A DNA stretch of 64,000 nt, from contig JBHGNT010000015.1 in assembly GCA_043228905.1 (NCBI GenBank), positions 12,276,001 through 12,340,000 of the forward strand, read 5' to 3'. The notes below the pieces were generated by a model, which had not been told where the DNA came from, made no database searches, and saw only the letters and a program-made list of their open reading frames with translations. Shown here piece after piece: positions 12,736 to 26,340 of the stretch. The stretch's first letter is position 1. Every line of letters starts with the position of its first letter. The DNA is from Azolla caroliniana (lineage: Eukaryota; Plantae; Polypodiophyta). A program made the position numbers and the translations under genes.

Positions 12736-15700
12736 TCACTTCGGCATGGGATGTCTTACCAGTCCGACCCTCTTCCGGCACGCTTCCAGCTTGTCGGGTG
12801 TGAGCACTTTGGTCAGCATATCTGACCCGTTCTCGTCCGTGTGGATCTTCATCAGCACGAACTCCTGGTCTTCTATCCTTTCCCGGATCCAGTGATATCT
12901 TTGCTGGATGTGCTTCGTCCGGGAGTGATAGGCTGCATTCTTCGCAAGGTGGATGGCACTCTGACTGTCGCAGTAGAGTCGGTACTCCTCCTGCCGGATA
13001 CCGAGCTCTCTAATGAAGTCCTTCATCCATATCATTTCCTTGCCGGCTTCAACAGCCGCCATGTACTCTGCCTCCGTGGTTGACAATGCAACCGTCTTCT
13101 GCAGCCTCGACTGCCACGAGACAGCTCCCCCTGCATACGTCATCATATACCCTGATGTGGACCGGCTGGTATCTGCATCAGCCGACATATCCGAATCGGT
13201 AAAGCCGTCGAGTTCGGGCTTACCGGAACCGAATCGGAGGCACACGTTTGCCGTGCCCTTCAGGTATCAGAGTATCCACTTGGCCGCGTTCCAGTGCTCT
13301 TTGCCGGGATTGCTCATGTACCTGCTCACCACTCCGACTGCATATCCTATGTCTGGTCGTGTACACACCATTGCGTACATCAAGCTTCCGACGGCAGAGG
13401 CATATGGTACTTTCATCATGTCCTCCTTCTCAGCCTTTGTCTTGGGGCTTTGCTTGCTGGACAACTTGCAGTTTACCGGGAGGGTTGACCCGACCGGTCT
13501 TGCTTCCGACATGTTGAACCGGTGAAGCACCTTTGTCACGTACTTCTCCTGTGACAGCCACAACTGCTTCTTCTTCCGGTCCCGGATGATGTGCATCCCT
13601 AGTATTTTCCTCGCCGGCCCCAGGTCCTTCATTGAGAAGGTTCGGTGAAGCTCTTTCTTCAGCGTCCGTATCTTGACCTGGTCCTGTCCGACGATCAACA
13701 TGTCGTCCACGTATAGGAGGAGTATTAGAAAGTCTCCTCCTTCGAACTTCTTCACAAACACGCAGTGATCGGACTGCGTTTTGTGGTACCCTTCGTTGGT
13801 CATGAAGGAGTCGAACTTCCGGTACCATTGCCGGGGAGCCTGCTTCAGTCCGTAAAGGCTCTTCTTCAACCAGCATACCAGGTGCTCCTTCCCTTTCTTC
13901 TCGAATCCTTCCGGTTGTTGCATGTAGATCTCTTCTTCGAGGTCACCGTGAAGGAATGCCGTCTTCACGTCCATCTGTTCTACCTCGAGGTCCATGCTTG
14001 CCGCTATGCTCAGCACCGTCCGAATGGAGGTCATCTTCACTACCGGGGCAAATATCTCGTCGAAATCGACGCCCTTCTTCTGCTGGAACCCCTTCACCAC
14101 GATCCTGGCTTTGTATCTCGGGGGTTTTCCGGCATCTCCCGGTTTTAGCTTGAACACCCACTTGTTCCGAAGTGCCCGCTTTCCTTTCGGCAACTCCACA
14201 AGTTCATATGTGTGGTTCTCATGCAGGGAATCCATCTCCTCCTGCATGGCACTTAACCACCTGCGGCTATGCGTGTCAAGCTTTGCTTCTTCAAAACTCT
14301 CCGGCTCCCCCTCGTCGGTTAGCAGCACGTGCTCTGGTTCCGGAAATCTCCGGGGGGCCCTTCTCTCTCTTAGAGGATATCTCCGTTCCGGAGCTTCGGT
14401 AACCGGCCCTTCCGTTTCCTCTTCATCTGAATCCACTTCGGGATCGGGGCCAGTTCCGGTATCAGTTTCATCTTCCTCGGCCGGTTCTGTTTCTTCACCG
14501 TCTTCGGCCGGATCCTCGAGTGCTAACCGGTCCCTTGCCGGTCGGGACTGCTCTTCGTAGAGTTGATTCTCACCGGTCGACTTGGAGCTCTTCATCTTCT
14601 TCTCCGACTCCCAGTCGGCGAGTGTCTTGTCCTCCATGAAGATGATGTCTCGACTCCTGAATATCTTCTTGTCGACCGGGTCCCATACTCGGTAGCCGAA
14701 CTCGTCGTCGCCGTAACCGAGGAATATGCATGGCCGGGTCTTTGGATCTAGCTTTCCTCTTCGGTCCTTTGCCACATGCACATATGCGAGACACTCGAAC
14801 ACCTTCAGATGCCGGTAGGATACTTCCCTACCGGTCCACACTCTCTGCGGCGTGTCTCCGTCCAAAGGTACTGAGGGTGATCTGTTTATCACGTATGTCG
14901 CCGTCGACATTGCCTCAGCCCAAAACCCCTTGGGTAATTTCGCATGCGCCAGCATACTCCGGACGCTCTCCATTATGGTCCGGTTCATCCTCTCGGCCAA
15001 CCCGTTCAGTTCCGGCGTCTTCGGCACAGTAAACTCAAGCCGGATTCCCTTCGAGCGACAGTACTCCGCGAACTGCCCCCGGTATTCCCCTCCGTTATCC
15101 GCTCGCATCGCTTTCAGCTTCTTGCCGGATTCCCTTTCCACTCTCGCGTGGAGTTCTTTGAAGACGCACAACACTTGGTCCTTTGTCTTCAACGGTGCCG
15201 TCCACAGCTTCCGGCTGTGGTCATCAATGAATGTCACGAAGTACTGGGCTCCGCCATGTGACTTCGTTTCTACTTGACACACGTCAGTGTGCACCAACTC
15301 CAATGGTGCGCTACGTCTCGTCGGTGGCCTTGAGTGGAAGGAGGCTCGGTTCTGCTTACCGGCCAGGCAATCGGTGCACTTCTCCAGATGCACATGCTTC
15401 ACTGGAATAAGGTTGTCTTCTGCAAGCCTCTTTATCCCCTTCTCGCTCATGTGGCACAGTCTCTTGTGCCACAGCTCACCGGCAGTGTCAGCTGCCACGT
15501 TCAGCTCCTCCGGACATAGCCGGGAATTCATCAGGTACAGTGTGTTGACCTTCCGGGCCCGAGCCACTATCAGGCTCCCTTTGCTGAACTTCATGACACC
15601 GTTCCGGATGCTACCCGTGTAGCCTTCATCGTCTAGCCTCCCGGCCGAAATCAGGTTCAATCGAACCTCCGGAACGTGTCGAACATCCTTCAGCAGCATC

Positions 15701-16809
15701 TTGCATCCGGTTGATGTCTTAAGCCACACGTCTCCTATGCCGGCAATCCGGCATGTACCTTCATTTCCCATCCGGACACAGCCGTGCTCACCGGCTGTGT
15801 AGGATGAGAAGTATTTCTTCTCCGGGGTCAGGTGGAACGACGCTCCGGAATCGACCACCCAGGTCATCTCTTCACCGGCAAGGTTCAGCTCCCTCTCTTC
15901 GGTAATGAGCATTATCTCTTCTTCACTTGCCGCGAGTGCCGTCGTTCCTTTCCGGTCCTGCCCTCGCCGATCCGGACCTCTCCGGTCCGTGGCTCCCCGG
16001 TATGCACCGTTTCGCTCCGGTGACTTCTTCGAATCGGTGTCGTCGGCTCCGTTGTCTTTTCTGTAATGCCGACAATTCTTCCGGAAGTGCCCCGGCTTCC
16101 CACAGTGGAAGCATGTGGGCCTTCCTCTTGACTGCGACCGGGTCCCCGACTTCTCCCGTCTCTGCGGACTCCGGTTCCGTTGTCTTCCCCGTTCCGATTC
16201 GGTAAGCAGTGCCTTCGAGTCGGAGGCCTGTTCTTTATCTCTCCGACGCGCTTCTTCGTTCAAAATACTTGTCTTTACCGTTTGTAGGGACAAGTTATCT
16301 TCGGTGTAGGAGGTGCTGAGAGTCACCACCAAGTTCTCCCAGCTTTCCGGCAATGTACACATCAGGATGATGGCTTGCATTGCATCCTCCAACGGGAACT
16401 TGATTGCCGCAAGCTGGTTCACGAATCCCATGAACGTGCTTACGTGTTCCACCATACTCTCGCCGTCCCGGTACTTGAGGTTCACTATCTTCCTCATCAG
16501 GGAGGTCCGGTTCAGCGCATTCTTCCTCTTGTAGAGGCCCGACAGCTTCCGCCACATCTCATATGCGTTGGTGTCGTTCGCCACGTGTTGTAGAACGCTC
16601 ACGTCGACGTATTGCCGAATGGTTGCAACGGCTTTCCGGTTCAGAAGCCTCCATTCCGTCTCAAGTACCCCCTTGGGTATTTCCGACCTGTCGATCGGTT
16701 CATATAGGTCCCGAACAATGAGCAGATCCTCCATCTTTATCTTCCAGTCGGCGTAGTTCTGCGCATTCAGCACCATCATCCCCGGCTGCCCGCTGCTGCC
16801 GCCTTCCAT
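12736..16809 (-). pseudogene. Element J gag-pol with a single premature stop
   Basis: Colinear with the intact K polyprotein; CGA>TGA at 13267-13269 (KWIL*YLKG versus KWILRYLKG) separates RNase H. Confidence 0.95.
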
Positions 16810-19544
16810 TTTCTGTGTTACCGTCGCTCTGATACCAAATGTTGTAGAACGGTGCTCGGCCACAACCGTGGAATAGGATTAACTCACAGGAAACAGGAAA
16901 TACAAAATGCACGAAGACAATAGAGAGAAGGGTACACTGGATGTTTTACGTGGAAAACCCTAAATGGGAAAAACCACGGGAGTCCTCAAACTCCAACTAG
17001 CACTACAAACAGAGATGTACAATGGTGAAGGTACAAGGCAACAACCTTGAGCTCACTATCTTCGCCACAGGCGGCGGTAATACACAGAGGCAGCGACCTC
17101 TTCGTCTCTCTCTCTCTCTCTCTCTCGGCTGCTCTCTTCAATTGCCTCTAAGTAAAACAGAAAAATATGAGCAACAACATAAAACTGTTTGCCCTAAGTC
17201 ATATATATACACATATGACTTTCGGGCTATTTACAAATATAGCCTCAAGGGCCCTTGGCAAACATATTCACAAATATGTCCCCGCATCCGGATCTCTCTC
17301 CGGGTACATTCGTCATCCGGCTCCGCAGCCGGGGTCTTCATCATCCGGCTCCGTAACCGGGGTCTTCATCATCCGGCTCCGTAGCCGGGATCTTCATCAT
17401 CCGGCTCCGTAGCCGGGGTCTTCATCATCCGGCTCCGTAGCCGGGGTCTTCATCATTCGGGTCTTCATTCCCGATTCCCGGACATCCGACCATCCCATCC
17501 GGAGGGACCGTAATCCCAACACGTTCAGCCAGCCTGTTTAGTTCCGACGTCTTCGGCACGGTGAATTCAAGCCGGATTCCCTTCGACCGATAGTACTCCT
17601 CAAATTGCCCCCGGTATTCTCCTCCATTATATGCTCGAATCACCTTCAGCTTCCGACCGGTTTCTCTTTCGACTCTCACGTGGAGCTCCTTGAAGACAGA
17701 CAACACCTGATCCTTCCTCTTCAATGGTGAGACCCACAGCTTCCGGTTTTGGTCATCTATGAACGTCACGAAGTACTACAATCCGGCATGTGACTTCGTG
17801 TCGACTTGACACATTGGTATGCAATAGTTCTAGTGGTGCATTCTGTTTCATCCGTGGTCTTGACCGGAAGGAGGTTCGATTTTGCTTGCTGGCCAAGCAA
17901 TTGGCGCACTTCTCAAGGTGCACATCTTTCACCTCCAGAATAAGGTTTTCTTCGGCAAGTCTTCTCATCCCCTTCTGGCTCATATGACACAGTCTCTTGT
18001 GCCACAACTCACCGATAGTGTTGGATGCTACGTTCACTTCTTCCCGGCATATTCGGGCATGCATCAGGTACAGTGTGTTGATCTTTCGGGCTCGAGCCAC
18101 GATCAGGCTTCCTTTGTTGAATTTCATGACTCGTGTAGCCTTCATCATCTACCCAACCGGCTGATATTAGGTTCAACTGAACCTTTGGAACGTGTCAGAC
18201 TTCTTTCAATAGTAACTTGCATCCGGTTGATGTCGTCCACAACACATCTCCTATATTGATGATTCGGCAGGTACCTTCATTCCCCATCCGGACACAACCG
18301 TGATCTCCAGCTATGTAGGATGAGAAGCATTTCCGGTCCGGTGTCAAATGGAACGACGCTCCGGAATCGACAACCCACGTTGTCTCATCGCCAACAAGGT
18401 TTAACTCATTCTCCTTGGCAATGAGCATCAGTTCTTCTTCACTTGTCCTGATCGCCGACGTTCCTTTCTGATCCGGACCTCTCTGGTCCGAACTCTTCTT
18501 CGGATCGGTGGTGTCTGCCCCTTTCTCTTTCTGGAAATGCCAACAGTTCTTTTGGAAGTGCCCTAACTTCCCACAGTAGAAGCAAGTAGGCCTCCCCCTT
18601 GAGTTCGACCTCGTCCCCGATTTGTCCCGGTTTTGGGGACTCCGATATCGGCCTCTTCCCCGGTTTTGGTCATCTTCCGTGACCAAGGCCTTCGGATCAG
18701 TTCCGAACTCCCGGTCCTTCTGGCAAGCTTGTTCATCTAACAAGCTTGATTTTACCCTTGCTAGAGACAACTGCTTTCCTTCCGGGCCGGCGTTGCCCAA
18801 AGTGACAACTAGCGTCTCCCAACTATCTGGGAGGGAGCCGAGTAGGAGCAATGCAAGTACCTCGTCGGCTAGAGGTACTTCGAGCGAAGTTGTTTGATTT
18901 ATGAGCCCTTGAAATGCGTTCATGTGCTCCGCCATGTTGGATCCATCATGGTACCGGAATACCGAAACTCGATTTACGATGTTTTTACTCTCCATCATGG
19001 TGCCAAATTTCTCCCAGAGCACATGAGCTTTACTTTCTTCATTGAAGTTGTTGTACAGGCTCATGTCGATGAAGCACCGTATGTATACCGTCGTCTTCAT
19101 GTGCATCACCTCCCATGTCGCAACATCGATCTTATCCGGTTTCTTTTCCCCGAACTATACTGGTAGCTAGAGATCTTTGACCACGAGCATGTCCCTCATC
19201 TTCGACTTCCACACTGGGTAGTTGGAGCCGATGAGCTTGAACATGCTGCCGAATGATTCTTCCATTTCCTTTGTTTGTTTTGATACCAGTTTGTGCGGAA
19301 AAATAGTGCTCGGCCACAACCGAGTCTTAAACAACGAATGGAAGAAAACTAACTAACAACTAGATGACACAGGATGTTTACATGGAAACCCTAAATGGGA
19401 AAAACCGGTTTGCACCGGATCTATCCAGATTCACTTGATCGAGTTTTTGGGTCTCATCCAGAACCCTTCCAGATCTGGTTCCTTCATCCGGCTCGTCTGA
19501 TCCGGCTCCTTCGGTTCTCATCCGGAGGGACCGAATTCCCAACA

Positions 19545-20187
19545 GTTTCTTCCACTTGTAGCTTGTTGTCCTCTTCCTTGATAATTGTTGTTGGTTCTAG
19601 CTGAACCAAATCTTCCATGGCCTCTTCCTCGGCCTCTTCCAACACTATTGTAGAGGGCTTGCCCCTCAGTCTTAGAGTTTCCTTTGTTTACATCATCCAT
19701 CTGATTTCTTTCTTCCACTACAAGCATTGAAACTAGATCTAGAAAACTTGGGATGCTATCCCTTGTGAGAATAGATGTTTTGAAGCTTTTATATTGAGGT
19801 CCTAAGCCTCTTAAGCATATTTCCACCTTATCATCATCTTCGACCTTCACATTAATAAAAGCAAGTGATTCACATATGCTCTTTATTTTTAGAGCATACT
19901 CATTCACCGACATCTTACCTTTTTCCAAGGTATTTAGCTTAGTCTTCAACTGAAGCTTTCTAGCCTTTGTGTTCACTGCAAATAGTTCACTGCACATTAA
20001 TCTGTGCAGCAGTTGCATTTTCTTCAGGGATCTCTAGAGCCTCTTCTAGGTCTCCTTCAATGTAGTCCCAATATCCTTTTTCCATAAGGAAATTTGTCAT
20101 TCTAAATTTCCACGTAGGGAAATTGTTTTTATCCAACTTTTTTGTGACTATTTGGCTTCCATTCTCAGCAGCCATTCTCTCTTTCAA
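19545..20187 (-). pseudogene. Element B gag N-terminal part
   Basis: ORFs 19987-20187 (KLDKNNFPTWKFRM...GYWDYIEG) and 19518-20018 (ARKLQLK...), homologous to the gag of element A. Confidence 0.85.
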
Positions 20188-20409
20188 TTAGGGCTTTTGC
20201 TACAATTAACTTCACAGACAACTCTCTAATTCAGATCAGCAACCAAAACCAAACTTCTCAGATCTGTACTGCTTTAATCTTCTTTACGAGCAACTCTGCT
20301 CTGATACCATGTTATGAAGGCGCTCTGGCTCTTCCTTATGCACAACGGATCGTGATGTGCTGGATCGTTTAGTGCTCAAGACAAAAAGGGAAGGGAAGGG
20401 GAAGGAGAC

Positions 20410-21192
20410 TTTCTTGTAGCATCTGCTCAAACATCGTCATCATGTTGCTAGCCTCTTGTTGATTCTCCATCTCCTTACCGCTCGTTTTCACGTCGGGTTC
20501 ACCAAATATGTAGTGCCTTTCAGCAGCGGATCGTTTGCGCGAGTTGGTTGGGAACCATTGGGGTTTTAGACTAGGAGGAGGAGAAGTTTTAAGGCTAATA
20601 AGAATATGAAAGAGAAAGGTAGGAATCTTGTGAATTTCACGAGTATAGTGAATTAGTATAATTAGTATTAAGAATATCAAGAAATCAATCCAAACTTTCA
20701 ATAGATTGGAAGAGAGAGATAGGAAATCGTTAATCCCACGAGTATAATCAATTTAATCAATATTTAGAAAACCCAAAATCCACTACAACCCTTTACAAAT
20801 TGCTCCCCCATCCTTATATAGTGATGGGAGAGTCTAAGTTTATCACATGCAAGCCTCATTCTTTTTTCTAACTCTAGTGTTTATGCACACTACATGTGCA
20901 TGATTAGCTTTCTATCACACCTTTGCATTTAACTCGAGTGTGTATGCATGAATAACTTTTTCTATCATGCTTATCTAGAATATTTACATGGGATAAAGTT
21001 TAGTATAACTTTAAAACTCATAATATGCTAGTACAATGGTAAGGCTTAAAACCTTTAACATGCAGGTACAAGGTTCAAATCCTACCTTGCGCATGTAACA
21101 TAATTATTGTAGTATTTTCTCCTATTTCTTTATACATAATCAATCGGGTACTCCGCACATATTTTACGTAGTGTACAATGTACACTACGACG
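20410..21192 (-). mobile_element. Element F: truncated member of the tRNA-Trp-primed family (5' LTR, PBS, start of gag)
   Basis: LTR 20509-21192 is similar to the H LTRs; PBS at 20487-20504; gag start MENQQEASNMMTMFEQM matches H; fused to the LTR remnant of B. Confidence 0.88.
21022..21094 (+). promoter_or_regulatory. tRNA-like Pol III cassette in the F LTR
   Basis: TAGTACAATGG (21029) and GGTTCAAATCC (21072), same spacing as in H and I. Confidence 0.68.
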
Positions 21193-21845
21193 CCAGTAAG
21201 AGAAAGTGAGAAACAGAGAAGATTATCCGGACCGGTTGCTAGATACCAAGTGATGAGTACACGGGCTCGGGACTCGGATAAACGCGTGGGGCAGATGGAA
21301 ACAGAATGGAGATGCGGACTTGACACAGAGAGAATAATCGGATACAATGAAAACGAAATGGATTAAATGGGAGAGGAATACAACCGGCCTCAACTAGTAA
21401 CAGAGCTACGCACTCTTGAAACACACACATAGAATGTTGAGCCTCTGGTCATGAGCACGCAGGCTTCCTACGCGAGGAGAGGACTCACCTGTCAAGATTT
21501 GAACTCTTGACACGACCATGTTATAATCTAGTATTATGAGTTAACCAAGATATCTAGTACATAGTTATGTATGTAATTGATCCTTATTATTTTGCTAGCA
21601 TCATGTGCATAGTTGCTCCCTTGTAGTATTTACACTTGGCACATACATGCATACCTACATGCTCTATTGTAGATTCACATGCGTGCAACAAGTATGCATG
21701 CCATGTAGTATAAATAGAGGAGTTCACCTTGAAGGAATTCAAGGTGAACAACACCAGTTATGGAGTCTTTCCTTTAATACTATCTTCTTTCTTGTCCATT
21801 TGGTTATCTTCTTGCTTGTCTCTTGAGCTTATGATCCGTGACAGT

Positions 21846-21856
21846 TTGTTCACCTT
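21846..21856 (+). promoter_or_regulatory. Self-priming PBS of D
   Basis: TTGTTCACCTT is the exact reverse complement of AAGGTGAACAA (21741-21751), 32 nt downstream of TATAAATA (21709). Confidence 0.8.
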
Positions 21857-21893
21857 CCCATCCTCATAACTCTCCCTCTCATAAGCCATAGCT

Positions 21894-24800
21894 ATGTCCG
21901 ATTCAACTAGTGAGTTATGGCAAATAATGGTAGCCTTACGACAACTACAGCTTGAAAATGAAGCTCTTCGAAATTCTTTACAAGAACTTCAAGTTGGTAC
22001 CTCCCTATCCTCACAACCCTCGAACCCTAGTCTCCCACAACAACCTAGCCTGGAGCCCAATCTTCTACCAATATCTAGCCTAGCTTCGTCACAGTTTCTT
22101 GAGCCTAAGGTTAGCCTCCCAGAAAAACTTGATGGAACGAGGTTGCGTTTCCGAGGGTTCATCAACCAAGTTCGACTTATCATTCGGCTACAACCTCAAC
22201 GTTATGGAGATGGTCTTCGACAAGTCGGCCTTGTGGAAGCTTGGTTTGCACCATTGGTAGAAACCTCGTCACCTCTATTGGAGGACTTTCCTGCCTTCCT
22301 CGCCGAGTTAGAGGCCACATTTGGAGAGACGGACTGACGACGCACAACTCTTAACAAGATTTATGCACTCGAACAAGGTTCGCGTGCAGCTTTGGTCTAT
22401 GCTTCAGAATTTCGACAACTAGCATGCGATGTCAATTGGGATGATCAAGCTTTAGCTGATCACTTTCGGCGCGGCCTTCGAAGCAATGTCAAGAATCTTC
22501 TCTTAAACTTTCCGGTGCCCACCTCGTTATCCCAAGCGATTTCACAAGCAGTCCATTGTGACAACGTCTTTTCAAATTTCGCCAAGAAGAGCGCCGGACT
22601 TGGGTTCCACCTCATTCACTTCCATGCCACGCCCCGGTCATACAACCCCAGGCATCCTCACACTCGCCTACTTTGGTAGATGCTCCTGTCCCCATGGAAA
22701 TTGATCAAGCCCGATTTCGTCCATTGACTGATGCTGAACGACAATTTTGGTGGGCTAATGGCTTGTGCATGTATTGTGGCGCCTCCGGTCATGTCGTTCG
22801 CCATTGTCCTAGGAGTACTCACCCACAATTCCATCGAGCTAACGGACCCCAACATCCGGAAAACGACATCGTTCGATTGTAGTAGGAGCCATGCAACTAG
22901 ACATCTCCCGTCACCCACATTCTCTTGGTTCCACTGCCGGACCATCAGGTAAATTCACATTGGAGGTATGGCTTTCGTTTAACTCTAGTTCCATTCAGTC
23001 TGTTGCTTTACTTGATTCTGGGGCATCTTCTTGCTTCATCGACATCGCATTTGCCCAAGCACATGGCGTACCTGTCGTTGGCCTCTCAAAACCCATTCCA
23101 GTTGAAGCCATCGACAGGTGCGTTCTCTCGTCAGGTGCAATTACTCAAGCTACAATCCCATTAGGGCTTTGGGTGGGCTCACACCAGGAGGAGCTTGCCT
23201 TTTACCTCATCGCATCTCCTCGACATCCGATCGTCTTAGGACTAACGTGGTTGGAGGCGCACAATCCAATAGTGGATTGGTGCAACCGCTCGATCACATT
23301 TAGCAAGCCAAGATGCTCGTGCAAAAGTATGAAGGTAAATTCAGTTTCCTATCCTTCGGAGACGGTCGACTCCTAATTGACTACCCCATCATCGGGCCAA
23401 GATGGGTTTGTTTGTGGCGCCATTTCTAACACACTCCATGTTATACCCAAAAAATACCAACACTTCTTTGACGTATTTGAAAAATGTAATGCTGATCGTT
23501 TGCCTGAACACCGGCTCTACGACTGTCCGATTGATCTTCAAGAAGGTGCGTGTCCACCCTTTGGTCCTCTATATGCGTTGTCTGCACCAGAGTTGAAGAC
23601 CCTTCGTGTGTATCTCGATGAGAACCTCGAGAAAGGATTTATTCAACCTTCTCAGTCACCAGTCGGGGCCCCCATTTTATTTGTGAAGAAGAAGGACGGT
23701 TCTCTACGCTTATGCGTCGACTACCGAGGTCTCAACAAACTCACTGTGCGCAACCGCTATCCGCTACCTCTGATCCCCGAACTCCTTGATCGGCTCCGAG
23801 TTGCGTGTGTCTTCTCCAAAGTTGATTTGCGTGGAGCGTACAATCTAGTACGCATCAAGCTGGGGTATGAATGGAAAACCGCATTTCGAACACGATATGG
23901 GCATTTCGAATACAAGGTAATGCCTTTCGGTCTTACTAACGCTCCCGCTGTTTTTCAACATATGATGAACGATATATTCCGGGAATATCTTGATCTTTTT
24001 GTTGTCATTTACCTCGATGATATTCTCATTTTCTTGCCAAATATGGAGGAGCACACTCGCCAAGTCCGATTAGTTCTTGCCAAACTTCGCGAGCATGGCC
24101 TTTATGCCAAAGGCGAGAAATGCGAGTTCGATCGTACCTCGATCGAATTTCTGGGCTACATCATCTCGCCCACTGGCATCACCATGGATATGAAGAAGGT
24201 CTCTGTCATTCAGGCGTGGGCGACTCCAAGGCGACTTAAATATGTGCAATTCTTCCTCGGCTTCGCGAATTTTTACTGTCGCTTCATCAAGGGGTTTTCC
24301 ACCCTAGCACAACCTCTTATCGCTCTCACCCATAAAGGCACTCCATTTTTATGGACCTCGGAGGCGCAAAATGCGTTCGACTCACTCAAACACGCATTCA
24401 TCACTGCCCCGGTGCTGCTACATGCCGATCCCACAAAACCCTTCCAAGTCGAAACCGATGCCTCTGACTTTGCCATTGGCGCCATCTTATCCCAGGCAGA
24501 CGACAACAACCTAATGCACCCAGTGGCTTACTATTCCCGAAAATTTACGACATCCGAAATCAATTATCCCATTTACGACAAGGAGCTTGCTGCTATCATT
24601 GCTGCCTTTGAAGAATGGCGACCCTACTTGGCCGACGCACAACATCGTGTCCAGGTAGTGACTGATCATAAAAATTTAGTTTATTTTTCCACCACTCGTA
24701 CTTTGAATCGAAGGTAGTGACATTTCTCACCGACTACGATTTTGAGATCGTATTTCGACCTGGTGGCCAACATGGGAAGGCTGATGCCCTTTCTCGCCGA

Positions 24801-26340
24801 GTTGACCTTGCACTCTGCCCTGGGGATGCTGCTTATGATCAACAATCTAGACGTTTATTGAAACCCAACCAATTGCATCTTTTTGCCACTTGTATGTTGC
24901 AGGATGATTCTTTACTCCAACAAATCACTGATGCATCCAAGACCGATGCGTTCACCAACGAGATTCAAGATAGTCTGCAAAACCCCTCCAAGGCGACCAA
25001 AAGGAAGGATCTTGACACCTTCACCATATAAGAGGGTTTGTTGTTCCGAGATCATCTCTTATACGTCCCAGAGGGTCCATGTCGCACCCGGGTGTTGCGA
25101 GAATGCCACGATGACCCACTTGCAGGTCATTTCGGGGTTGCGAAAACCCTCGAGCTAATCTCTCGGGGGTATTGGTGGCCACAACCATGGAAGTTGGTCA
25201 AAGAATACATAAAGAGTTGTGAGGTTTGTGCTCGCTCCAAAGCCATTCATCATCGGCCATACGGCTTACTACAACTGCTTCCATGTCCTCGTCGTCCTTG
25301 GGCCTCTATCTCTATGAACCTGATAACTGATCTACCCTTGGTCAATAGCTATGACTCGGTGTTGGTCGTTGTCGATCGGTTTACGAAGATGGCTCACTTC
25401 ACTCCATGCTCTAAAACCATTTCCGGAGAAGGAATGGTGCATCTACTACTCAACAATGTGGTACGCTTGGATGGACTCCCCCCCCCCCCCCCGATGATGT
25501 CATCTCGAATCGCGGACCCCCGTTTGTCTCTCACTTCTGGCAGCGCCTGCTACAAACTTTAGGCATCTCTGTCAAGTTGTCAACCAAATCCTTGAGCAGT
25601 ATCTTCGGTGCTCGGTTAGTTACCAACAAGATGATTGGGTCAACTTACTTTCGCTCGCGGAATTCGCCTGCAATAATTCTCTCCATGCATCGACTGGCGT
25701 CACTCCCTTCTTTGCCAACTATGATTTACATCCTCGTTTCAACATTTCCCTTCCTACCACTTCCGTGAACCCTTCGGCGGAGGATCACGCCTGCATTTTG
25801 GAAGAACTACATCAAGATTCATCCTTGGAGCTTAGTCTTGCTAGTGAACGATACAAGAAGCAGGCTGATCGCCATCGATCTTCCACTCCACACTTTGTCA
25901 TTGGAGACATGGTCCGGTTGTTACGCCGACACATCTCTACTACTCGTCCATGTGCGAAACTTGATTACAAGAAGTTGGGACCATTCCGTATCATCGAGTG
26001 CATCAATCCCGTCGCCTTCCGGCTCGCCCTTCCATCCCACTTCCGGATTCACGATGTTTTTTATGTCTCCCTCTTCGAACCCCATTATGCTTCACAACTC
26101 CCAAGACGTCAGGCCCCACCACCACCACCTGTGCAATTGACGACAAGGGAGTAATATGATGTCGACCAAATCCTTGACTCGCGTTGGCACCATCGACACT
26201 TGCAATACCTCGTCCTATGGAGGGGTTACCCCATGTCTGAGGCCACGTGGGAACCATCGGCAAATTTACAAAATGCCCCAGAGGTTGTCCAAGATTTTTG
26301 TCACCGATATCCCCACAAACCAACGGCCGATTTGGGACGG
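21894..26340 (+). pseudogene. Element D gag-pol
   Basis: CMYCGASGHVVRHC; LLDSGAS; YLDD; ETDASDFAIG; HDDPLAGH; KKLGPF; chromodomain (YDVDQILDSR...YLVLWRGY...TWEP) at ~26155-26320; many stops and frameshifts. Confidence 0.93.

Larger units (their letters stand above)
12040..17521 (-). mobile_element. Element J: young full-length Tork-like copia inserted in the integrase of C
   Basis: LTRs 12040-12725 and 16840-17521; perfect TSD CGTTC; PBS TGGTATCAGAGC at 16826-16837; PPT at 12726-12740. Confidence 0.97.
9294..19544 (-). mobile_element. Element C: decayed Tork/Tnt1-like copia inserted in the gag of B
   Basis: 3' LTR 9294-9788; internally deleted 5' LTR 19292-19544; TSD GTTTT/GTTTC; degenerate iMet PBS 19279-19288; PPT at 9789-9800; gag-pol fragments at 17527-19270 and 9796-12039. 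Confidence 0.92.
1..20410 (-). mobile_element. Element B: old AT-rich Ty1/copia, outermost host of the left nest (pieces 1-167, 6367-9293, 19545-~20410); runs off the left edge
   Basis: The reading frame is continuous across insertions: gag 20187-19545 (...QQATSGRN) joins 9293 (NIKGKG...CWYCGKPSHTQVEC), then protease (WYVDFGASNHM), integrase (LRSDGGEY, YTPHQNGVAER) and RT, resuming at 167-1 (YVVGFVSQFMQQP...EGYTDVDW). iMet PBS at 20298-20309; only ~100 bp of the 5' LTR remain (from 20310). Confidence 0.88.
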
